Assembly (NCBI GenBank): GCA_965205015.1
Contig: OZ242029.1
Coordinates: 4,448,001-4,512,000, forward strand
Length of the DNA: 64,000 nucleotides
Origin: Candidatus Poribacteria bacterium
GTDB lineage: Bacteria; Poribacteria; WGA-4E; WGA-3G
Direction: 5' to 3'
Part shown: piece by piece, positions 38,945 through 47,795 of the stretch
Position numbering within the stretch: the first letter of the stretch is position 1
Layout: every line of letters begins with the position of its first letter
Made by a program: the position numbers and the translations under genes
The notes under the pieces: model-generated
The model's database searches: none
Seen by the model: the letters and a program-made list of their open reading frames with translations, nothing else
Told to the model about the DNA's origin: nothing

Positions 38945-39904
38945 CTACCACGCATACGCCTCTGGTGCCTCGCCACCGGGACCCGCCCAAATCTCATCGA
39001 GTTTCGCGAGGACTTCATCGTCGAGTTTCAGTTCCAAGACTGATAAGTTCTCCTCAAGTTGTTCGATCGTCCGCGGTCCGATAATCGGTGCTGTAACGTC
39101 TGGATTGCTGAGTACCCATGCCAGGGCGACGTTCGCGGGAGGTTCTCCTATCGAGGCACAAAGTGCTTCATACGCTTCAAACTGTGCTCGATGCGTCGCA
39201 ATCGTTTCTCTGTGTGACTCCCTGCCCCGTCGACCCGTGGTCGGGTTATCCAGCACACCGCAGAGCAGGCCACCCCCCATCGGACTATACGGAATCATTG
39301 CCAAGCCGAGTTCGCGGCAACACGGTAATACTTCAAGTTCGATTTTCCGGCTGCGGAGGTTATACACACTCTGTTCTGAGACGAGTCCGAGGAAATTGCG
39401 TTGCTTCGCAATACCCTGTGCATGGGCAATGTGCCACGCCGCGAAATTGCTACTGCCGACGTAGGAAATTTTACCTTCACGCACCAATTGCTCCATCCCT
39501 TGCCAAATTTCATCCCACGGTGTCCGGCGATCAATATGGTGCATCTGGTACAGGTCTATGTGATCGGTTTGCAGACGCCGGAGGCTGTCTTCGCATGCCC
39601 GACGGATATGGTACGCCGATAGACGCCCATCATTAGGTCCTTCACCCGTCGAACCGTACAATTTGGTCGCCAGAACAATCTGATCGCGCCGGCTTTTATC
39701 GGCTGCCAACCAGTTTCCAACAATCGTCTCCGTTACTCCCTCGTTATAGATGTTAGCGGTATCGAAAAAGTTAATTCCGGCTTGCAGTGCCCGACTTAAT
39801 GCCGGAAGCGCGTCTTCTTCGGAGGTATGTCTCCCAAAATTGACGGTGCCGAGACAAAGACGACTCACCCGTAGTCCAGTCCGACCGAGATAGGTATATT
39901 CCAT
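38945..39904 (-). CDS. Aldo/keto reductase
   Basis: LGRTGLRVSRLCLGT; FDTANIY; ATK; SLRRLQTDHIDLYQMH; YVGSSN. Confidence 0.95.
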   Translation of the reverse strand: MEYTYLGRTGLRVSRLCLGTVNFGRHTSEEDALPALSRALQAGINFFDTANIYNEGVTETIVGNWLAADKSRRDQIVLATKLYGSTGEGPNDGRLSAYHIRRACEDSLRRLQTDHIDLYQMHHIDRRTPWDEIWQGMEQLVREGKISYVGSSNFAAWHIAHAQGIAKQRNFLGLVSEQSVYNLRSRKIELEVLPCCRELGLAMIPYSPMGGGLLCGVLDNPTTGRRGRESHRETIATHRAQFEAYEALCASIGEPPANVALAWVLSNPDVTAPIIGPRTIEQLEENLSVLELKLDDEVLAKLDEIWAGPGGEAPEAYAW

Positions 39905-40164
39905 AGCGATTGCTCCTGTCTGAATGTTGGTAACTCTTAAAGTGGTTACCGGTTTTCGGTAATCGGTTAAAGAGGTACTTTTTTACAATACACCGACACC
40001 GTTTGAAATGTTGGGTTTCGCTATGCCCCCGACACGGCTGGCGTCTTGAAATCAGATGATACCGTATAAACGAGATGGAAACTTGTTGTCTTTTACCGCT
40101 CAACCCAACCTACATCTATTTCTATTCTATCAAATCTCGGCTTTTTGATTAACAAAAATCTGGC

Positions 40165-40236
40165 AATTAGCGGTCAGCGATCAACAGTCAGCAGTCAGTC
40201 GGAAATCGTATTTCTTACTGACAACTCATAACTAAC
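40165..40236 (+). repeat. Heptamer-flanked miniature repeat element
   Basis: TAG CGGTCAG CGATCAA CAGTCAG CAGTCAG ... CTTACTGACAACTCATAACT. Confidence 0.5.
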
Positions 40237-40320
40237 ACAACTTTTGCTTGTCACGCCGGCAAAGGTATGATATATTTGTCTCAGAATTGACGGAGCATTG
40301 AGAAGAAAAGGGAGTAAACC

Positions 40321-41811
40321 ATGCGAATCGCAATCGGTTGCATCGGACACGAAACGAATACATTTTCACCCGTCCTAACAACCCTTGATAACTTCAACAA
40401 GGGGAGTTACCACCGGGGGGACGAAATTATCGCGGCGTTCCAAGGCACCCGGACCATTACCGGGGGTTTCCTTGATGTCGCTGAACAGCTCAATTTACAA
40501 CCCATTCCGCTCCTATGGGCGTTTGCGACACCGTCGGGTATGGTAGAACACGCCGCGTATCAGACGCTTAAAGCAGAGTTCCTAACGCTTTTACGGAACG
40601 CAGGAAAACTTGATGGCGTGCTCCTTGATCTACACGGCGCGATGGTAACAGAGGAACTCGAAGATGCCGAAGGCGACCTGATTCAGGCAGTCCGTGAGAT
40701 CGTCGGTGAAACGTGGATCGCCACCACGCTCGACTTACACGCCAATATCACCGCCAAAATGGCGCATTACTCCGACGTTATCATCGGGTTCGATACCTAT
40801 CCGCACGTAGACTGCTACGAACGCGGGTTCGAAGCCGGGCAACTGCTCTTTAGTATGAACCAAGGGAAGATTCAGCCGACGATGGCATACCGTCAACTCC
40901 CTTTATTGACCGCTCCCCCTGCGCAATGCACAATGAAACCCCCGATGACGGATGTGATCAATGCCCTGCATGATCTTGAGACCGAGCGCGGCATTGTAAC
41001 GGCAACACTCTCTATGGGTTTCCCATTTGCGGATATAACGGACGCAGGCGTTTCAGTCCTCGTTACCACCAATGGGGATATGGCACTTGCAGAGGCGCAC
41101 GCCGACCAGTTCGCATCCAATATCTGGGAGATGCATGAGGCGTTCACTTTTAACCTACACACCGTTGAAGCCGCGATCGAAATCGCCAACCAGACAGATG
41201 GTAATCCCATCGTACTCGCTGACGGCGCGGATAACCCTGGGGGTGGCGGTCCCTGTGACGGCACAACGATCTTACAGAAATTCATAGAAGCAGACGTTCA
41301 AGATGCCGTCATCGCGGTGATTGCAGATCCCGAATCGGTTGCCCAAGCGGTTGAGGTGGGTGTCGGCAACCGCGTTCAGTTGAACGTCGGTGGCAAAACA
41401 GACACGCAACACGGCGCACCCGTCGCATTGACAGGGTCCATCAAATCGCTCTCTGACGGCAGATTCATCCACAAAGGTCCTATGGGACGCGGTACCGCTG
41501 GAAACATGGGCAGAACAGCTGTCGTCCAAGTCGGTGGAATTGAGATTATCCTGACGGAGAGACGGATCCAACCTTACGATGCACAGGTTCTTCGAAGCGT
41601 TGGAATTGAGCCGAAGGCGCGTAAACTCATCGCTCTCAAATCTGCTGTCCATTTCCGGGCAGACTACACACCCATTGCGCACCAGATTTTAGACGTGGAT
41701 ACCCCTGGCGTTCACAGTCCGAACCTGTTCAATTATGACTATCAGAAGTTAAGGCGACCCATTTACCCCCTCGATCCAACTGTTCCCTATCAAAGGATAA
41801 AAAACAAGTGA
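40321..41811 (+). CDS. M81 family metallopeptidase (MlrC-like)
   Basis: HETNTFSP; DLHGAM; DLHAN; YPHVD; DNPGGG; KSAVHFRA. Confidence 0.9.
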   Translation: MRIAIGCIGHETNTFSPVLTTLDNFNKGSYHRGDEIIAAFQGTRTITGGFLDVAEQLNLQPIPLLWAFATPSGMVEHAAYQTLKAEFLTLLRNAGKLDGVLLDLHGAMVTEELEDAEGDLIQAVREIVGETWIATTLDLHANITAKMAHYSDVIIGFDTYPHVDCYERGFEAGQLLFSMNQGKIQPTMAYRQLPLLTAPPAQCTMKPPMTDVINALHDLETERGIVTATLSMGFPFADITDAGVSVLVTTNGDMALAEAHADQFASNIWEMHEAFTFNLHTVEAAIEIANQTDGNPIVLADGADNPGGGGPCDGTTILQKFIEADVQDAVIAVIADPESVAQAVEVGVGNRVQLNVGGKTDTQHGAPVALTGSIKSLSDGRFIHKGPMGRGTAGNMGRTAVVQVGGIEIILTERRIQPYDAQVLRSVGIEPKARKLIALKSAVHFRADYTPIAHQILDVDTPGVHSPNLFNYDYQKLRRPIYPLDPTVPYQRIKNK

Positions 41812-43175
41812 CAGAAAAACGAATCACCGGAAACTACGAAATGAATCTGGTATTGACTGGGGAACCAACCACTGAACCCGTCAAAGTCTTCTTCTCTGGA
41901 GACACAGCGTTAGGCAAAAGGGCGTACCTCGCTATCTCTGCCGATGGATTCAAGATTGTCCGTGAAGTCAACACCCACACGCAAACCTTGAAGACATCCA
42001 ATAACATCGGAGAACCCCCGTGGAACGTCAGGATTCTGAAGAAAGGCAATTTTTTCAGATTCTGGGTCAACGAAACGACAAGCTGGATTCGCGGTCCCTT
42101 GGGTGAATGGGAAGGCATTTACGAACCGACCGATAACTGCCTTGGCGTTGAAACGCCGTCAGGTATCCAATCTCAATCCTGCACCGTAGCAACCCTCCCG
42201 TGGCTTCAAGAGATTACCACCCCCGTCATATCCCGGGGTCCTAAAGGCTCTTTTTATGAGAAACAGGTCATACCGGGTGCGATTATAGCGTACGACGGCT
42301 TATATTACATGTACGTCATGGTAGGCATGGCAGGCGATGAGGAGGGATCTTCAAGACGGGCAATTGGTGTAGCCGTGAGTCCGGATCTGAAGCGGTGGGA
42401 GGGGCATCTTGAACCCCTTATCTCCTATCTCGATACGCCGTATGATAATCTGTATGTCAGCGGTGCTGTCGTCACAGATGAAGGACGCATTGCCATTATG
42501 TTCTCTGCGCAGAAGTTTCCAGAGTGGCAGGGATTCATGTTAGCCATGGCCGACCATCCGATGGGTCCATTCACCCAATATGTGAAGAACCCGGTTTATA
42601 AACACCCCACGCATGCACACGAGTTCGATCTTATCCGCGCGGAAGGATTCCCGCATCGCTATCTTCTTTTCTATGCTGGATTTACCCCATCACCCCAACG
42701 CGGATCGGCAGGGGATCGCGGATATCTTCTCTACAGCGACGATTTGGTGAACTGGCACCCTGACGAACGAAACCCGGTCTTCCGTCCCGAAACGCTGGAC
42801 AATTGGGACGCGATCCACGTCCGACCGAGATCCCTGAATCGAGTCGATGATATGTGGTATCTATGGTATGAGGGCTGCAACACATGGAAACCGGAAGGTG
42901 TGTCTCATCACGGTTGGTGGGATACAGTAGGACTCGCACGTTCAAAAGACCTGGTCAACTGGGAATACTACCCGAGAAATCCAGCACTGCCCGGTCTCGG
43001 TATCAACGCCGACCAATTCGACTGCAATTGGGTCGGCTGGCCCCGTATGTTCGTCAAAGATGGTATCGGATACGTCTTTTACACAGGAAACGCCCAAGTC
43101 GGATTACGGACAATTCGGTTGGACGATCTCACCAACTGGCAGACAGAAGGCGGGCAAACATTTGATTTGCTGTAG
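41808..43175 (+). CDS. Beta-propeller glycoside hydrolase-like protein
   Basis: GTGA overlap with the M81 gene; AIGVAVSPDLKRW, SDDLVNW...NPVF, WYLWYEG, LARSKDLVNW. Confidence 0.7.
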   Translation: MTEKRITGNYEMNLVLTGEPTTEPVKVFFSGDTALGKRAYLAISADGFKIVREVNTHTQTLKTSNNIGEPPWNVRILKKGNFFRFWVNETTSWIRGPLGEWEGIYEPTDNCLGVETPSGIQSQSCTVATLPWLQEITTPVISRGPKGSFYEKQVIPGAIIAYDGLYYMYVMVGMAGDEEGSSRRAIGVAVSPDLKRWEGHLEPLISYLDTPYDNLYVSGAVVTDEGRIAIMFSAQKFPEWQGFMLAMADHPMGPFTQYVKNPVYKHPTHAHEFDLIRAEGFPHRYLLFYAGFTPSPQRGSAGDRGYLLYSDDLVNWHPDERNPVFRPETLDNWDAIHVRPRSLNRVDDMWYLWYEGCNTWKPEGVSHHGWWDTVGLARSKDLVNWEYYPRNPALPGLGINADQFDCNWVGWPRMFVKDGIGYVFYTGNAQVGLRTIRLDDLTNWQTEGGQTFDLL

Positions 43176-43212
43176 CACACACGTTTAGAAAAAGAACTGT
43201 TTCTGTATGATA

Positions 43213-44214
43213 TTAGTCCTGTGTTTTGAGTTTGCCCCACGTGCCCGTCAAAGGGGACGGCTGGAGCGAGATCGGCAAAGCAAACGCCGGATCGAACCAA
43301 TCGGCGCGGAAGTTATTACCCCGGTGTGTGAGCTGTTCTGGGACACCACCATCCACAGCGATTTTGAAGAGTTGTATGACACCACGACTCCGCTTGTAGT
43401 AAATAAGTTCATTCCCGCGCGGTGACCAGGTCGGGTTAGACACTAACGCGTCATCTCCAGAATCAATAATTTTCCTGAGTCCGCTACCATCTCGGTTCAC
43501 AACATAGATACCTACGGTAGGCCTTCCTCCATTACCCCCTAAAAAACCTTTCTCTTCCATACCGTTCCAAGAAAAGGCTATCTCAGCACTATCGGGGGCC
43601 CAGGCAGGGTCAAGCATCCAAATCTTCCCCGGAAGAAGCGGCTCTTCTACATGGGTTTGCAGATTGATAATCTGAACTCTGGTGTCCAGTAATCTGGGAT
43701 TTCCGTCGTCAGCCCAAACAAACTTGCCTGCCATAAAGGCTATCTCAAAACCGTTGGGAGCCCACGCAGACCATAAACCCTCCGCAAGTTTTGCCTCATC
43801 TTTTCCGTCAATTGAGGCGATGTAGATAGAAAATGTGTGAAATCGGTGATAAGCGAGTGCTTTCCCATCAGGTGACCACGTTGGGAACTCTCTCCTTATT
43901 AATTTTTTGAAGACCTGACGCACATTCGTTCCATCTGCATCCATAAGGTAGAGATCTGGTATCCCATCTCGATCCGAGTGGAAAAGAATCTGTTCACCTG
44001 TCGGGGACCAGACAGGCGCGAAATCTTGGGCACGGTGCTGGCTTAAATTTATCTGATCGGATCCATCCGGGTTCATGATATAAATCTCAAAGTTGCCATC
44101 ACGATTTGATCCAAATACGATTTTGGCAGTTTCTGGGGCTTTTGCGAAAAGCGAAGAAACGTTCGCACATAGCAGTATCCCACTGATTATGTAAAAGGCG
44201 AGTACACATTTCAT
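43213..44214 (-). CDS. Exported TolB-like (PD40/WD40) beta-propeller protein with C-terminal TWGKLK tail
   Basis: FGSNRDGNFEIYIMNPDG; PVWSPTG; PTWSPDG; PAWAPD; PTWSPRG. Confidence 0.9.
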   Translation of the reverse strand: MKCVLAFYIISGILLCANVSSLFAKAPETAKIVFGSNRDGNFEIYIMNPDGSDQINLSQHRAQDFAPVWSPTGEQILFHSDRDGIPDLYLMDADGTNVRQVFKKLIRREFPTWSPDGKALAYHRFHTFSIYIASIDGKDEAKLAEGLWSAWAPNGFEIAFMAGKFVWADDGNPRLLDTRVQIINLQTHVEEPLLPGKIWMLDPAWAPDSAEIAFSWNGMEEKGFLGGNGGRPTVGIYVVNRDGSGLRKIIDSGDDALVSNPTWSPRGNELIYYKRSRGVIQLFKIAVDGGVPEQLTHRGNNFRADWFDPAFALPISLQPSPLTGTWGKLKTQD

Positions 44215-44292
44215 CTGTATTCCTCCGATAGTCCCTTAAAAAAGTTAATATCACTCAAGTTACGGGTTGTAAGGATACCCTTTAAAGTTAAA

Positions 44293-44322
44293 GACTCCGT
44301 TTTGCAGCGAATGGGTGCATAA
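44293..44322 (-). promoter_or_regulatory. Putative ECF-type promoter of the TolB-like gene
   Basis: TTATGCACC-N17-AGTC; the spacer shares CGCTGCAAA with the moxR-proximal copy. Confidence 0.55.
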
Positions 44323-44341
44323 ATACCGATTCTTCTTCAGA

Positions 44342-45607
44342 TTATGGGGAGGCTCCACAATCGCCCGGCATCCTCATCTCCAAAACCACACCTTCCCGTT
44401 CAATACGCGCGAAGGTCTCTTGATATTCGAGACTACTATCGTCGTCCCAATAGGTCGTAGAAATAGGGGAAGTGTAGTTCATCGGAATCAGACGACTCCG
44501 ATCCGGACGGACCATGAAAAGCGAATTCTTCGGATCCGCGATGTTATACATCCTTGTGCCGTTTTTGAATTGAGATTTGAGAATCCACCGCTCCTGTTCC
44601 GGCAGTTTTAAAGACTTCAGACGCTCTAATTCATCACGATCCAGCGTCACGCCGAGTCCAGGAGATTCAGGAACACGCACAAATCCGTTAATTGGGGTCA
44701 ATTGCTCGTTGACCACATCTGTTTTCCAGGTCTCGGTATCCGAATGAAAATGGAAGATCGCCGTTGGAAACGCTGCCATCATATGGGTTGTCATCGCACG
44801 CGTGATATTTCCACCCACATTCTGAAGCATAAACGGACTTCCATTCGCCGCAAAAAGTCCTGAGCGCCGGATTGCATCACCGATCTTCGCGTGTCCGAGC
44901 ATATAAATGTCTGCGGGACTCATGAACACCTCGTATGTTGCGCCCATCGGAAAATGGTGGAGTACAATCGGCAGTCGTGAGCGTTGACGGAGTTCGATGT
45001 ACCCCTGTAAGTCTTCACCGGGCAACGGATCTTCAAAACAACCCGAGATCCGATATTGAGACAACGCATCAATCAATTCAGGGATGTGGTCATCTGTCCC
45101 TCCCATCGTGAAGTCGTAGTGGATCTTGAATCCATCCGGCGCAACGGCTTCCATCGCTTCGGTCTGGTCGAGGACATTCTCGAAAGGTGAGAGGTGATAT
45201 TTCATCCATGTATACCCCTGTGCCGCATACGCAGCAACGGTCTCTGCCATGCGCGCGGGGTCGGTCGAAACCGTCCAACAGCCCACAGGCACCCATGAAC
45301 GATACTTCTGTCCGAATAACTTATACACCGGCACGTCTACTGCTTTCCCCATCAAGTCATACATCGCCGTGCCAAGTCCAAGCGAGGTCTCATCTCCTAC
45401 CCAATCAAACGGATTTGTCCCGATGTACTGATCAATAACATCTTGAGGTTCGCGTCTCCCGCTCTCACCCAACCCCTCCAAGCCTGTATCAGTCCGAGCA
45501 ACATATATAGTTCGCTGGATTGGACCGTAATAGTGATTGAGTTGATAGGCGAGGAAGTCTTGATATTCAAGCGTAATCTCGTGAATTTCAATCTCTGTAA
45601 TTTTCAT
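44342..45607 (-). CDS. Enolase superfamily (mandelate racemase-like) enzyme
   Basis: AMYDLMGKAVDVPVYKLFG; KYH; HYDF; FEDP; VPESPGLGV; GGAGG RBS. Confidence 0.85.
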   Translation of the reverse strand: MKITEIEIHEITLEYQDFLAYQLNHYYGPIQRTIYVARTDTGLEGLGESGRREPQDVIDQYIGTNPFDWVGDETSLGLGTAMYDLMGKAVDVPVYKLFGQKYRSWVPVGCWTVSTDPARMAETVAAYAAQGYTWMKYHLSPFENVLDQTEAMEAVAPDGFKIHYDFTMGGTDDHIPELIDALSQYRISGCFEDPLPGEDLQGYIELRQRSRLPIVLHHFPMGATYEVFMSPADIYMLGHAKIGDAIRRSGLFAANGSPFMLQNVGGNITRAMTTHMMAAFPTAIFHFHSDTETWKTDVVNEQLTPINGFVRVPESPGLGVTLDRDELERLKSLKLPEQERWILKSQFKNGTRMYNIADPKNSLFMVRPDRSRLIPMNYTSPISTTYWDDDSSLEYQETFARIEREGVVLEMRMPGDCGASP

Positions 45608-45627
45608 ATTGAATACCTCCGCCAAAC

Positions 45628-45656
45628 TTGCTTTAAAAATTAATAGATGCTATAAT
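45628..45656 (+). promoter_or_regulatory. Sigma70 promoter of the Rieske gene
   Basis: TTGCTT-N17-TATAAT with extended TG. Confidence 0.6.
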
Positions 45657-45738
45657 TATAGTTAGAACGAAATAAAAAATGGAAAGTTTTACACCTTGAA
45701 TCTGCTTGAATTGAACACTAAGTTTCAGGAGGTGAACC

Positions 45739-47580
45739 GTGCGTACTTCAACCTTTACACCCGAAGAAGCCGGTGCGGGTTCTATTCACTTTGAACCTGT
45801 GCCAGTAGAGACGGTGGAGCACACCGATCTTGAGTATCATCAACTCTGCAGCGCGGATGAGTTTCAGGATTTGGAAGGCAAACCGTTCCATGTCAACGGC
45901 ACACACCTGGCTGTTTTCAAATACCAAGATAAATTTTACGCCGTTGATAACCGATGCCCACACATGGGGTATCCTATGTCCAAAGGCAGCATCCGAGATG
46001 GAGTCCTGATCTGTCACTGGCATCACTGGGAATTCGACCTCAAATCTGGCGGCTGCTTTCAGGCTTTCGGCGATGATCTGAAAGCCTTTCCCGTCGAACT
46101 TCGTGATGACGGCTACCTGTATGTCGGATTAGCAAAAGGTGAACGAGAGGCAGCAAAACGACGCGTCATTGACCGTGGTAAACGGGCACTTGAGCGAGGT
46201 CTCAAAGACCGTAGTACCTTCTTTATCGCGAAAGCTGTTACTGCACTTCGGGACGCAGGTGCCGCCCCCAACGAAATTATTCATCAGGGCCTCCACTACG
46301 GTGCCCATAAAAGTAGCGAAGGATGGTCGTCTGGTGTCGCGATTCTCACGTTGGCGGCAAACTTGTGGAATGATGTGGATCCAAATGACCACAACCTGTT
46401 TCTCGTACACGGCTTGAGTCAAATCAGCCGTCGAACGACGGGGAGTTCGCGCCCCTATCGTGCACCGTTTCCTGTAATGAGTGAGGAACACGACCTTGAA
46501 ACGCTCAAGCGGTGGTTCCGCTACTTTGTGGATAAACGGCACTCAGGTGCCGCCGAGCGTATCCTGTTAACGCTTAATGACCGCGGCTACGATAAATCGG
46601 TGATCGCAGATTTCGTTTTCACCGCCGCGACCGACTTCTACTTTACAGGCGACGGACACGCTCTCGATTTCGCCAACAAGATGTTCGAGGCGTTGGATTA
46701 TGTTGATTGGGAGGGAGCACACGAAATTTTACGCCCGATTGTTGTCGATCTTGTGAGTCGAACCCGTCATGAGGAAACCTCGCGCTGGGCAGATGCGGTG
46801 CCTGTGTTAGAACCCGTCTTTGAGAGGCTTGAGAATATCTGGAGTGCCAACCAAACCAACGAAGCGAAACTCGACATCTCAGCGTTTACACAGACGCTTC
46901 TCGGCGACGACTTCGAGCCGATTGTCGTCGCGGTCGAAGAAAAACTGCGTGCAGGTGTGGATCCGAGAGATATCTGCCGTGCGATGACCTACGCTTCTGC
47001 GATTCGGACGGCTCGCTTTCATCTGAAGAACGAGGGGGATTGGCACGATGTAGCGAACATTTACTCGTATGCGCACGCGCTGTACCACGCCTTTGATTAT
47101 GCCCCAAGTGCCCACTTACTGCGCGGTATTTTTCACGGTGTCGTTTTCTTAGCATATTTGCGTTGGTTGAACATGCCTGCCGCCCGCATACCGAGGCACG
47201 GACAGCGACTTGATGAAACTTATGACTCCGTTGATAAGATGCTGGAGAGGCTACAAGAGTTTGCAGACTTCCAGAAGGTCTATGAGGCAGAAATTCTGGT
47301 GAACCAATATCTGGAAGAAGGGCATGAGATTGAGCCATTGAAGCAAGCACTCTCGCACATCCTGCTCCGCGAGGATGCAGAACTGCACATGTTCCAAGTC
47401 CTGGAAGTAGCGTTCCGGCATTATGAGTTGTCAGTTGATCAGGAAGAGCAGCGAATGCATCTATTGGCAGCGACCCGTTACATCACAGCACAGAAGTTGA
47501 TGAAAAACATCTTGTGGTCTACCGAAAACGCAGAGCGTCTCGCTCGCGGTGAGTTGCTGAGTGAACGCGACGACGATTGA
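45739..47580 (+). CDS. Rieske [2Fe-2S] domain protein with large alpha-helical C-terminal region
   Basis: CPH...CHWH Rieske ligands; AGGAGG RBS before a GTG start. Confidence 0.85.
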   Translation: MRTSTFTPEEAGAGSIHFEPVPVETVEHTDLEYHQLCSADEFQDLEGKPFHVNGTHLAVFKYQDKFYAVDNRCPHMGYPMSKGSIRDGVLICHWHHWEFDLKSGGCFQAFGDDLKAFPVELRDDGYLYVGLAKGEREAAKRRVIDRGKRALERGLKDRSTFFIAKAVTALRDAGAAPNEIIHQGLHYGAHKSSEGWSSGVAILTLAANLWNDVDPNDHNLFLVHGLSQISRRTTGSSRPYRAPFPVMSEEHDLETLKRWFRYFVDKRHSGAAERILLTLNDRGYDKSVIADFVFTAATDFYFTGDGHALDFANKMFEALDYVDWEGAHEILRPIVVDLVSRTRHEETSRWADAVPVLEPVFERLENIWSANQTNEAKLDISAFTQTLLGDDFEPIVVAVEEKLRAGVDPRDICRAMTYASAIRTARFHLKNEGDWHDVANIYSYAHALYHAFDYAPSAHLLRGIFHGVVFLAYLRWLNMPAARIPRHGQRLDETYDSVDKMLERLQEFADFQKVYEAEILVNQYLEEGHEIEPLKQALSHILLREDAELHMFQVLEVAFRHYELSVDQEEQRMHLLAATRYITAQKLMKNILWSTENAERLARGELLSERDDD

Positions 47581-47700
47581 TGTCCCTCTTGCGTTATGTA
47601 AAACCCTAAAATATATGGACACTTGTTCAATGAACAGGTGTCCACGCCTGATGGCGAGGGTATTTCTTTTATAGTAAGTCCCACAATTACGTGGACACTG

Positions 47701-47722
47701 GGGCGAGGTTAGAAACCTCGCC
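47701..47722. repeat. REP-like palindrome
   Basis: GGCGAGGTT-AGA-AACCTCGCC; similar short palindromes near 10515-10537, 56453-56480 and 63820-63846. Confidence 0.6.
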
Positions 47723-47795
47723 AGCGGGATGCAGGATGGTGCTGCTACTCCCTGAGGTGTTAACTTATTTTTCGACTTTGCTATAATATCCTCGC

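Noticed and set aside
40321-41811. Microcystin degradation (mlr) cluster
   Set aside because: Only the widespread M81 family member is present; no mlrA, mlrB or mlrD.
43213-44214. True tolB of a Tol-Pal system
   Set aside because: No TolB N-terminal domain and no adjacent tolQRA or pal.
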